Part shown: positions 9,734 through 17,462 of the stretch, piece after piece | Layout: every line of letters starts with the position of its first letter | How positions within the stretch are numbered: the first letter of the stretch is position 1 | Assembly: GCA_963839635.1 (NCBI GenBank) | Contig: CAWIVT010000006.1 | Span: 22,936 to 86,935 of the forward strand | Source: an uncultured Chloroflexia bacterium | GTDB lineage: Bacteria; Chloroflexota; Limnocylindria; QHBO01 | Direction of reading: 5' to 3' | DNA length: 64,000 bases | Translations under genes and position numbers: made by a program | The notes under the pieces: generated by a model | Database searches by the model: none | Told to the model about the DNA's origin: nothing | Seen by the model: the letters and a program-made list of their open reading frames with translations, nothing else

Positions 9734-11011
9734 CTACTCGAAGCTCTCGGGCGTTGCGGCCACGATCGCGGATGCGAGCGGGTCGCCGAGCATGCGCATG
9801 TGCATTGCCGCCTCGCGGTCGGCATCGGCAGCGCCGGCTACATCACCGGCGCCCTGGGCGTCGACGATGGCCTTTGTGGTGAGCACGTGCTCGGTGATGA
9901 GCTCCGCGAGGGCGTCCTCCGGAAGGCCGGTGGCTCCGGCCAGGAAGGCGCTGAACTCGGGAACGTAGACCTCTGTCAGGTCGGAGACCGCCTGGTCCTG
10001 GACGGCCATGTCGTCGGTGGCCACACCGGTGGTGTAGTCGACGAAGAAGCCGTTGTGGGCGCTCCAGATGCGGTTCCACTCGTCCTCGGCCTCCTGGCCG
10101 AAGAGTCCACCGATGGCGCCGCCGAGGTCGGTGCCGTTCGTGTTCAGGGCGGCTCCGGCCGCGGCGAACTCGTCATTACGGGCGCCGAGCGCGGCGTCCG
10201 TCGCGAAGCTGGCCAGGAAGAGGTGCTCCTGGAGGAGCTGGTTGAGGGCCACGCGGAAGTCGACGCCGGCGTTGATGGCCTCGCCGTCGATCTCGTTACC
10301 CTCAGCGATCGCCGGCGCAAGCGCGTCACCGATCATCTGCATGTGCGCGTAAGCGGTGCGGATGGCCTCGTAGGCGGCCTCCCAGTCACCGGCGGCCTGA
10401 GCGTCGACGACGGCCTTCGTCTGAAGGACGTGGTCGGTCACGAGACCGGCGATGGCATCCTCCGGCAGCCCGGTGGCGCCGGCCAGGAACGCGCTGAACT
10501 CCGGGACGTAGATGGTGGTCAGGTCCTCGACTGCGCCGTCGGCGAGGGCGGCGTCATCGGTCGCAACGCCGGTGGTGTAGTCGACGAAGAACCCGTTGTG
10601 GGCGCTCCAGATGCGGTTCCACTCGTCCTCGGCCTCCGGGCCGTAGATGGAGCCGATCGCGCCACCGAGGTCGGTGCCGTTCGTGTTCAGGAGGCCACCG
10701 TAGGCCTCGAACTGATCGGTCCTGCCGTCGAGCGCCGCACCGGTGGCCTTGGCAGCCAGGATCAGGTGCTCGCCGAGCAGGTAGTCGAGATCGGTGCGCA
10801 GGTTGGCCGCGTCGCTGTCGATGACGGAGGCGTCGCCGCCCATGTCCATCGACTCGTCGGGCGACATCGGCGCCATCGACTCCGCAGCGGTTGATTCAGG
10901 GGCGGTCGACTCGGCCGCGCTCGGCTCGGTCGAGGTGCCCGTGTTGGACGTGCAGGCAGCGAGGGCAATCAGGCCCGCGAGCAGCAGTGACGTCGGCTTC
11001 CAGGATCGCAA
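9734..11011 (-). CDS. lipoprotein made of two tandem ~180-aa repeats, function unknown
   Basis: Intact ORF with a TTG start preceded by GAGGAG and lipobox LIALAAC. Both repeats contain LGEHL/LQEHL...LNTNGTDLGGAIG...EAEDEWNRIWSAHNGFFVDYTTGVATDD...VPEFSAFLAGATGLPEDA...HVL.TKA.VDAQ. Confidence 0.75.
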   Translation of the reverse strand: MRSWKPTSLLLAGLIALAACTSNTGTSTEPSAAESTAPESTAAESMAPMSPDESMDMGGDASVIDSDAANLRTDLDYLLGEHLILAAKATGAALDGRTDQFEAYGGLLNTNGTDLGGAIGSIYGPEAEDEWNRIWSAHNGFFVDYTTGVATDDAALADGAVEDLTTIYVPEFSAFLAGATGLPEDAIAGLVTDHVLQTKAVVDAQAAGDWEAAYEAIRTAYAHMQMIGDALAPAIAEGNEIDGEAINAGVDFRVALNQLLQEHLFLASFATDAALGARNDEFAAAGAALNTNGTDLGGAIGGLFGQEAEDEWNRIWSAHNGFFVDYTTGVATDDMAVQDQAVSDLTEVYVPEFSAFLAGATGLPEDALAELITEHVLTTKAIVDAQGAGDVAGAADADREAAMHMRMLGDPLASAIVAATPESFE

Positions 11012-11062
11012 GGGAGGTCTCCTCTGTGTGAATGGCGAATCACGACGTGTGATTGCCCTTCC

Positions 11063-11091
11063 GATACGCGGGAGAGGCCCTTCTGAATCAC
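11063..11091 (-). promoter_or_regulatory. candidate ECF-type promoter upstream of the lipoprotein gene: GTGATTC-N16-CGTATC
   Basis: Read on the minus strand. The same architecture occurs upstream of the sigma gene (12486-12514). A CGT-containing -10 with a 16-nt spacer is typical of ECF promoters. Confidence 0.4.
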
Positions 11092-11112
11092 CGAGAGGCG
11101 AAACGGCGAGGA

Positions 11113-11865
11113 CTAGGCCTCGATCGCTGCGACCAGGACCGGATCGTTGACCGACTGATCCACGCGCTCGGTCTCGACGGTAACGGCGAACGTCGTCGCG
11201 CCCTCGAGGTCGCGTTCGAGCGTCACGACAGCAAGGCCACCGGTCTCGGTCAGCGTCCCGGCGGCGACGGCGTTGCCATCAGCGTCGATCAGCCAGAACT
11301 CGTACAGCTGGCCTGACGGAAGTTCGGCGAGGTCCTCGGCCATGAACATGGCCTCGTCGCCCGACTCGATCACCAGGCCGGTGCCCGCAGGACCAGAGGC
11401 TGCGTAAATGGCATCCGCGGAGGCGATGGCCCGGAGGACGGTGTCGCGCTCCGCGAGCCGGTCGTTGAGCGTCGCTCCCCAGGCGCCAAGGCCGATGGCA
11501 GCGGCCAGCGCCACCGCGGCAAGGGCCGACGGCTGCCAGCCAGCCTGCCACCACGCGCGGCGCGGCGCTTCCACGGGTGCAACCGGCTGCCTGGCCGATA
11601 CGACCGCCGGACGATGCTCCTGAGGCGTCGCCAGGGCGGTCGCCATCAGTCGATCGCGAAGCCCGGCGGACGGCGTCACTGGCTCGAGCGAGCTCGGGAG
11701 AACGGCCGCGACCTCGATGAAGACGCGTGCGTCGTCATGCGGGCGATCGCACGACGCCAAATGAACGCTGATGGCGCGTTCCTCGCCACCGCCGACGGCG
11801 CCGAGGGCGTAGGACGCACTCAGCTCGTCGACAGCCGCGCAGTCGAGGGACGAGCGATCCGTCAT
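11113..11865 (-). CDS. anti-sigma factor, RskA-like (N-terminal anti-sigma domain, one TM helix, extracytoplasmic RskA-type domain)
   Basis: Intact ORF that overlaps the sigma-gene stop by 4 nt. N-terminus: CAAVDELSASYALGAV...HLASC. TM segment: ALAAVALAAAIGLGAWGA. C-terminus: PSGQLYEFWLIDADGNAVAAGTL...TFAVTVE. Confidence 0.75.
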   Translation of the reverse strand: MTDRSSLDCAAVDELSASYALGAVGGGEERAISVHLASCDRPHDDARVFIEVAAVLPSSLEPVTPSAGLRDRLMATALATPQEHRPAVVSARQPVAPVEAPRRAWWQAGWQPSALAAVALAAAIGLGAWGATLNDRLAERDTVLRAIASADAIYAASGPAGTGLVIESGDEAMFMAEDLAELPSGQLYEFWLIDADGNAVAAGTLTETGGLAVVTLERDLEGATTFAVTVETERVDQSVNDPVLVAAIEA

Positions 11866-12470
11866 CGGTTCAGCTCCGCGCCGGCAGCGCGGTCAACGGC
11901 ACCGAGAGGGCCCGCCGCCGTCCCGCTGAGCGAGTCACGCAACTTCCCGAGCGCCAGGCGGAGCCGCCCGTTGGCGGTGCCCGCGGGCACGCCGGTCATC
12001 TCCGCGACCTCGCGGTAGGTGTATCCCTCGAAGTAGGCGAGCTCGACGGCGCGGCGCTGCTCATCCGGCAGCCCGGCCAGCGCCATCCGCAGGTCACCTG
12101 CCGCGGCGCGACGGAACACATCGTCCGAGGTCGGGTTCGGACCTGTGCGCAGCAGTGAGCGCTCATCGGCATCGTCGACGTCCACTGTTGTCCGTCGTGC
12201 ACGCACGCGATCGATCGCGCGATTGCGAACGACGGTCATGAGCCAACCTCGGAGAGCCCCGCGCTCCGCATCGAAACGGTCGATTTTCCGCCAGACCGCC
12301 ACGAACGCATCGTGCACCACATCCTCCGCTTCATCCCGCCCACCGACGACGCGCTGAGCCGTGGCCAGTGCGATCGACGCATAGCGGTCATAGAGCTCGC
12401 CGAGCGCCCCAGTGTCGCCGGATCGGATTCGCTCGGCTAATCGCGCATCCACTCGGCGGTCGTCGTTCAT
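11862..12470 (-). CDS. ECF (group 4) sigma-70 factor, SigK-like
   Basis: Region 2: DVVHDAFVAVWRKIDRFD...GWLMTVVRNRAIDRVR. Region 4: VELAYFEGYTYREVAEMTGVPAGTANGRLRLALGKLR. Confidence 0.85.
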   Translation of the reverse strand: MNDDRRVDARLAERIRSGDTGALGELYDRYASIALATAQRVVGGRDEAEDVVHDAFVAVWRKIDRFDAERGALRGWLMTVVRNRAIDRVRARRTTVDVDDADERSLLRTGPNPTSDDVFRRAAAGDLRMALAGLPDEQRRAVELAYFEGYTYREVAEMTGVPAGTANGRLRLALGKLRDSLSGTAAGPLGAVDRAAGAELNR

Positions 12471-12485
12471 ACGGCGGTCACCAGT

Positions 12486-12514
12486 ACAACGATGTTCGAG
12501 CTGCCTCGCATCAC
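12486..12514 (-). promoter_or_regulatory. candidate autoregulated ECF-type promoter: GTGATGC-N16-CGTTGT, 15 nt before the sigma ATG
   Basis: Read on the minus strand. It shares the GTGAT.C-N16-CGT motif with 11063-11091. Confidence 0.4.
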
Positions 12515-12589
12515 ACCGTCCAGGACCACGCCGGCAGCTCCCTTGTCAGGCACTCCGTCGTTCAGAGCATCCGCGGTGCCAACTACCCA

Positions 12590-13246
12590 TCAGCTCTTCG
12601 ACCAACGTTGCGGTCGCGCCCGAGGGCCAGGTTTTCGCACGCGCTCGCGCTGCCCCATCGCGGAGAGGATAGCCTCCGCGTGGCGACGCGAGGCATGCAG
12701 CTCGTCGCGCAGCCGGGCGATGGTGATGGTGCCAGGTAGGCCCTCGACCTTGGCACGCAGCGCGGACCAGACCTCGGCCGGGTAGTCGATGCCCGGCGCG
12801 ATCTGGCGCAGCTGGCCGGCCGCCCGCAGCTGGTCGATGACGGCTGGCGGGATCCCGAGCCGTGCGGCGATGCCCTCGACGCGCGGTGGAGAAGCACCGG
12901 AGGCGCGCAGCCCGGCCATGAGCAGCGCCACGCGCTCCCCCATCTCCGGGTCGATACTCGGCTCGGCGTCGGCAAGGCGGACGCGTCTCCCGCTGCGCGT
13001 CATGATGCCGGCCGTGACGAGGTCGTCGATCACGCGTCGCAGCTCTGCCTCCTCGAGCAGGAGCGGCGCTCCGCCACGATGGCGGCTCGGTGGGCGAACG
13101 GCGGCAAGCCGTGCGATACGGGCAACCAGGGCGTCCATGCGCAGGTCGACCGCGAGCGGCTGCTCGCGATGAAATCGGCGCAGGGCCTGGAGGACGAGCC
13201 GCTCCGCCACGCGGCGCTGCTCGGGGTCGATCGCCCCGATCGTCAC
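12590..13246 (-). CDS. winged-helix repeat protein resembling the C-terminal WH domains of SelB (no GTPase domain)
   Basis: Intact ORF with a GTG start in a GTGA overlap with the upstream stop. Pieces: LLLEEAELRRVIDDLVTAGIMTRSGRRVRL...MAGLRASGASPPRVEGIAARLGIPPAVIDQLRAAGQLRQIAPGIDY...ITIARLRDELHASRRHAEAILSAM. The family assignment is from pattern memory only. Confidence 0.5.
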   Translation of the reverse strand: MTIGAIDPEQRRVAERLVLQALRRFHREQPLAVDLRMDALVARIARLAAVRPPSRHRGGAPLLLEEAELRRVIDDLVTAGIMTRSGRRVRLADAEPSIDPEMGERVALLMAGLRASGASPPRVEGIAARLGIPPAVIDQLRAAGQLRQIAPGIDYPAEVWSALRAKVEGLPGTITIARLRDELHASRRHAEAILSAMGQRERVRKPGPRARPQRWSKS

Positions 13247-13752
13247 CCGGGCCGAGTCCCCTCTACCGCGATCCGAATGGCCTGCGTCTCCTCCTCCGAC
13301 AGGTTGTGGGACGAGGATGCATCGGAGACCGGCTTCGCGAAGAGGCGGGTGTTCGCGCGCCCGTGCAGGCTGCTCAGGACAACCCCGTCGCGCTGGTCGT
13401 CAAGGAGGGCGATGGCGAAGCTCTGGTCCGAACCGGTGTCCTCGAACGGGTTGAACCGCACGAGACCAATGTGCTGCAGGCTGCGGCGCGAGCGCTGCTC
13501 GATGACGGCATGCATGCCCTCGATCTCGCGCATCCGCTCGGTCGCCTTGACCGCCTGCTCGGCGCTGCCGACGAGGCGGTCGTGGAGCGTCCCGCTGTCA
13601 CCGTCGCGCACCAGGAGCCGGTACGTTCGAATGGCACGGCTCAGCCGGATGCTCTGGACGATGAATCCGATGAGGAGCAGCAGCACCAGGGCCGCGAGCA
13701 CGCCGAACGCCAGGGCCAGGTTGTCGGTGAGGAGGCGGTTCAGGTCGGACAT
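13243..13752 (-). CDS. DUF4446-family protein (N-terminal TM helix)
   Basis: Pieces: LALAFGVLAALVLLLLIGFIV then HIGLVRFNPFEDTGSDQSFAIALLDDQRDGVVLSSLHGRANTRLFAKPV...LSEEETQAI. Confidence 0.65.
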   Translation of the reverse strand: MSDLNRLLTDNLALAFGVLAALVLLLLIGFIVQSIRLSRAIRTYRLLVRDGDSGTLHDRLVGSAEQAVKATERMREIEGMHAVIEQRSRRSLQHIGLVRFNPFEDTGSDQSFAIALLDDQRDGVVLSSLHGRANTRLFAKPVSDASSSHNLSEEETQAIRIAVEGTRPG

Positions 13753-13837
13753 CGAATTTCGGCGGTATCATAGCCGCCCCGTGGCGCCCGACCGACCGCG
13801 TCGTGCGCCGAGCCAGACACACAGTCGAGGTATCCGA

Positions 13838-14149
13838 GTGGCCCGTCGAGCAGGGAAGGCAGCCAGCCGCAAGGCCCGCCAGCGCAACGTTCCGCGCGCG
13901 CCGCGCCCCGCCGCGCCGACTCCCATCCCGCCGGTCGGCACACCCGATGCGCGCGAGGCGACCTCGCTCGATCCCCCGCCTCGCGTGGCTGCGCCGGCCC
14001 CGGCCGGCTCCACCCTCACGCTGCGCGAGCAGTCCGAGTATCACTACGTCGAGCGCGACCTTCGCAACATCGGCATCCTGACGGCCCTGATGCTGGTGCT
14101 CCTGCTCGCCGCGTGGGCGGCGTTCTCGGCCCTCGGCCTGGTCGGCTAG
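13838..14149 (+). CDS. small basic/Pro-rich protein with a C-terminal TM anchor
   Basis: In-frame tail of ORF 13079..14149(+): VARRAGKAASRKARQRN...LREQSEYHYVERDLRNIGILTALMLVLLLAAWAAFSALGLVG*. Start uncertain; an alternative GTG lies near 13781. Confidence 0.45.
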   Translation: MARRAGKAASRKARQRNVPRAPRPAAPTPIPPVGTPDAREATSLDPPPRVAAPAPAGSTLTLREQSEYHYVERDLRNIGILTALMLVLLLAAWAAFSALGLVG

Positions 14150-14240
14150 CTGTGCTTCCACGGACTTCGTTGCTCACGGCTGATCGCGCGGACGGGCAAG
14201 CCATCTAGCGCTGGCACCATGGAGTCCGGGCGCACCTAGA

Positions 14241-15608
14241 TCACCTCGGCCCTTTGCCCCTGGCCTTCTGCCTCGACTCGAGGCGCAGCCGGCGGAGCCG
14301 CTGCAGCCGCTCTCCGATCTTGAGCTCCAGCCCCTCCTCGGAGGGCTCGTAGAACACGCGCCCGATCAGGGCGTCCGGCATGTACTCCTGGTCGACATCG
14401 GCATCCGCGTAGTCGTGCGGGTAGAGGTACCCCTTCCCATAGCCCTGCTCGCGGGACAGCCGCCGATGGGACGACGGCCGCAGGTGGAGCGGCACCGGCA
14501 GGCGCCCGTGCTCCTCGACTTCGGCCAGCGCGGCAAAGTAGGCGGCTCCGGCCCGGTTGCTCTTCGGGGCAGCCGCCACGTAGGCGGCAGCCTGGGCCAG
14601 CGCGTATTGCGCCTCCGGCAATCCGATCATCTCGGTCGCCTGCATGGCGGCCACGGCCAGCTGGAGGGCGCGCGGATCGGCGTTGCCCACGTCCTCCGAG
14701 GCGGCGATCACGATCCGCCGCGCGATGAAGGTCGGATCCTCCCCCGCCGCGACCATCGACGCGCACCAGTAGAGCGCGGCATCCGGGTCGTTGCCGCGCA
14801 TGCTCTTGATGAAGGCCGATGCGGCCTCGTAGTGCTGGTCGCCGACCCGGTCGTAGGCCAGGAGCCGCTGCTGCGCGGCCTCGGCCACGCCCTCCGGCAC
14901 GATCTCGGCGCCATCGTCGACCACGGCGGCGGCGGCCTCGAGGATGTTGAGCGCGCCGCGGGCGTCGCCACCGGCCAGGTCGATCAGCGTGGCGCGCGCG
15001 TCGTCGGAGAGGCGCACGCGGCCCGCCAGCCCCCGCTCAGCTTCGGCCAGGCCACGGTCGACGATCTCGCCCAGCGCATCGGTGTCGAGCGGGTTCAACC
15101 GATAGACGCGCATGCGCGACAGGAGCGGCGAGTTGATCTCGTAGTACGGGTTCTCGGTCGTCGCTCCGATGAGGGCGATCGTGCCGTCCTCGACGTGCGG
15201 CAGGAGCGCGTCCTGCTGGCTCTTGTTGAACCGATGCAGCTCGTCGATGAACGCGATCATGTGGCCGCCGGCCTCGCGCAACGCCTTCGCCTCGGCCACC
15301 AGCGCCCGGATGTCGGCGACCCCGCTGGTGACCGCGGAGAGCTGGCGCCATGTGCCGCCCGCGCGGTCCGCCAGGAGGCGGGCGAGGGTCGTCTTGCCGC
15401 TCCCGGGCGGGCCCCACAGGATGAGCGACGGCCGGTGGCCCGGTGTCACCACCCGCGTCAGCGCCCCCTCCGCGCCGACCAGGTGCGGCTGGCCGACGAA
15501 CTCGTCGAGCGTCCGCGGCCGCATCCGCGCCGCGAGCGGCGCGTCGGGGATCACGGAGTCGCCGAAGAGCTGCTCGGTGGCGTCCGGGGTCGATCGGCGT
15601 CGCGGCAT
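14241..15608 (-). CDS. rarA: replication-associated recombination protein A (AAA+ ATPase)
   Basis: ORF 14241..15713(-): PRTLDEFVGQPHLVG, Walker A LWGPPGSGKTTLARLLA, FIDELHRFNKSQQDALLPHVEDGTIALIGATTENPYYE and YDRVGDQHYEAASAFIKSMRGNDPDAALYW. The likely start is MPRRRSTP at 15608. Confidence 0.9.
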   Translation of the reverse strand: MPRRRSTPDATEQLFGDSVIPDAPLAARMRPRTLDEFVGQPHLVGAEGALTRVVTPGHRPSLILWGPPGSGKTTLARLLADRAGGTWRQLSAVTSGVADIRALVAEAKALREAGGHMIAFIDELHRFNKSQQDALLPHVEDGTIALIGATTENPYYEINSPLLSRMRVYRLNPLDTDALGEIVDRGLAEAERGLAGRVRLSDDARATLIDLAGGDARGALNILEAAAAVVDDGAEIVPEGVAEAAQQRLLAYDRVGDQHYEAASAFIKSMRGNDPDAALYWCASMVAAGEDPTFIARRIVIAASEDVGNADPRALQLAVAAMQATEMIGLPEAQYALAQAAAYVAAAPKSNRAGAAYFAALAEVEEHGRLPVPLHLRPSSHRRLSREQGYGKGYLYPHDYADADVDQEYMPDALIGRVFYEPSEEGLELKIGERLQRLRRLRLESRQKARGKGPR

Positions 15609-15629
15609 GCGCGGATTATGATGCGCGGC

Positions 15630-16787
15630 ATGGAACAGAATCTCCGGACTCCCGGTCCGACGCCCATCCCGGCCGCGGTGCGCGAGGCCCAGGCCCAGCC
15701 GATGATCGACCATCGCGGCACCGAGTTCGCCGAGCTGCTGAACGAGACGTCCACCGGGCTCGCCGAGCTCATCGGCACGAACGGCGACATCCTGCTCCTG
15801 ACCGGGTCCGGATCTGGCGCGCTCGAGGCGGCCGTGGTCAACAGCCTTTCGCCCGGTGATCGCGTCCTTGCCGTCACCATCGGCTCATTCGGTGACCGCT
15901 TCGCCCAGATCGCAACCGCGTTCGGCGCGGACGTCGACCGATTCGAGGTCGAATGGGGCTCAGCCGCCGATCCCGAGACGCTCCGCGCTCACCTCGCGGT
16001 CACCGAGCCATACAGAGCGGTGCTCGTTACGCACAACGAGACCTCGACCGGCGTCGCGAACCCCATGCGCGGGCTGGCCGAGGTCATCCGCGCCGCGCCG
16101 GGCGATCCGCTCCTGATCGTCGACGGCATCAGCGGCCTCGGCGCGATGCCGTTCGAGATGGACGGCTGGGGTGTCGACCTGGTGGTCAGCGCGTCCCAGA
16201 AGGCGTGGATGGCGTCGCCGGGCATCGCCATCGCGGCGGTCGGCGAGCGCGCACGCGCCGCCGGCGAGTCGGCAACCATGCCGCGCTTCTACTGGGACTT
16301 CCGCGAGGCCCACACGTGGGCCGGGAAGGGCCAGACGCCGTGGACCCCCGCAATCAGCATCCTGTACGGCCTGCGCGTCGGTGTCCGTCGCCTGCGCGAG
16401 GAGGGGCGTGAGCACACCTGGCGCCGCCATGCCGCGATCGCAACCGGTGTCGTGGCCGGCATGGAGGCACTCGGGCTGCGCCCGGTCGCGCCGCCGGAGC
16501 ATCGGTCCGCGACGGTCACGGCGGCCTGGCTGCCCGACGGGATCGAATGGGGTCCGTTCAACGCATCGATGCGGGCGAAGGGGCTCGTCATCGCCGGCGG
16601 CCAGGGCAAGTGGACGGGCAAGATCCTTCGCTTCGGCCACATGGGTGACGTCGGCATTGACGAGATGGCCGAGGCGCTCGAGATCATGGGCGGCACGCTC
16701 CCAGAGTTCGGCCACGCAGCCGATGGCGGGGCGGCCGGCCGTGCGGCTCGAGAGGCGTTCGAGGCTCAGACCGCCGGCGCTCGGTGA
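15630..16787 (+). CDS. class-V (serine-pyruvate / alanine-glyoxylate type) aminotransferase
   Basis: Pieces: MEQNLRTPGPTPIPAAVREA...IDHRG, THNETSTGV and VVSASQKAWMASPG (PLP lysine). In-frame ATGs at 15618 and 15621 are alternative starts. Confidence 0.85.
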   Translation: MEQNLRTPGPTPIPAAVREAQAQPMIDHRGTEFAELLNETSTGLAELIGTNGDILLLTGSGSGALEAAVVNSLSPGDRVLAVTIGSFGDRFAQIATAFGADVDRFEVEWGSAADPETLRAHLAVTEPYRAVLVTHNETSTGVANPMRGLAEVIRAAPGDPLLIVDGISGLGAMPFEMDGWGVDLVVSASQKAWMASPGIAIAAVGERARAAGESATMPRFYWDFREAHTWAGKGQTPWTPAISILYGLRVGVRRLREEGREHTWRRHAAIATGVVAGMEALGLRPVAPPEHRSATVTAAWLPDGIEWGPFNASMRAKGLVIAGGQGKWTGKILRFGHMGDVGIDEMAEALEIMGGTLPEFGHAADGGAAGRAAREAFEAQTAGAR

Positions 16788-17455
16788 CCGATCGTCGGCT
16801 GCTGCTGGTCCGCCACGGGGTGACAGACTGGAACCGCGAGGGCCGGTTCCAGGGACATCTCGATCCACCGCTCGGCGACGACGGCCGCGCCGAGGCCCGG
16901 CTCCTCGCCGGCCGGTTGGCCGGTGACCGCCCCACGCGGCCGGCCAGGATCATCAGCTCGAGCCTTGCTCGCGCCATGCAGACGGCGGAGGCCATCGGTA
17001 CCGCGGTCGGGGTCTCGGTCGAACCCGATCCACGGCTCATCGAGATCGGGCAGGGCGACTGGGAGGGACGCACGCACGAGGAGCTCGCCGTGGCCGATGC
17101 GGATCGCTACGCGCAGTGGCGCCGTGACGCCGGGATTCGCCAGCCTCCCGGCGGCGAGCCGATCGCGTCCGCGACCGCCCGCGTGTCGGCCCTGCTCGAC
17201 GATCTGGAGTCCGGCAACGGAGCGTGGCCGGTCTGCCTGGTGAGCCACGGGGGCACGCTCCGCGTGCTCGCCCGCGTCCTGCTGCGGGCCGGCGACGTCG
17301 CGTCGTGGACGCTCGACGTGGACAACGCGTCGCTCGGGATCTGCACCGCCATCGTGGACGGCTGGCGGCTCGACCGATGGAACGACACGCTCCATCTCCT
17401 CGGACGCACCGCCACCCACGTCGACGAGGCGGAGGGGCGGCCGCTCGCCCTCTAG
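16784..17455 (+). CDS. histidine phosphatase family protein (phosphoglycerate-mutase-like)
   Basis: Pieces: LLLVRHGVTDWNREGRFQGHLDPPL and ...VSHGGTLRVL. It overlaps the upstream stop by 4 nt. Confidence 0.85.
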   Translation: MTDRRLLLVRHGVTDWNREGRFQGHLDPPLGDDGRAEARLLAGRLAGDRPTRPARIISSSLARAMQTAEAIGTAVGVSVEPDPRLIEIGQGDWEGRTHEELAVADADRYAQWRRDAGIRQPPGGEPIASATARVSALLDDLESGNGAWPVCLVSHGGTLRVLARVLLRAGDVASWTLDVDNASLGICTAIVDGWRLDRWNDTLHLLGRTATHVDEAEGRPLAL

Positions 17456-17462
17456 CGAGGCC

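Noticed and set aside
12566-12581. A sigma-54-like element, TGGCAC-N6-TGC (GG-N10-GC spacing), on the minus strand upstream of the ECF sigma gene.
   Set aside because: It is a single occurrence about 95 nt from the ATG, with no enhancer-binding protein or rpoN in the window. The lineage suggested by gene content usually lacks sigma-54, so a chance match in GC-rich sequence is likely.
12590-13246. Selenocysteine incorporation system, suggested by the SelB-like winged helices.
   Set aside because: The protein has no GTPase domain, and there is no selA, selD, tRNA-Sec or candidate selenoprotein gene with an in-frame TGA and SECIS element in the window.
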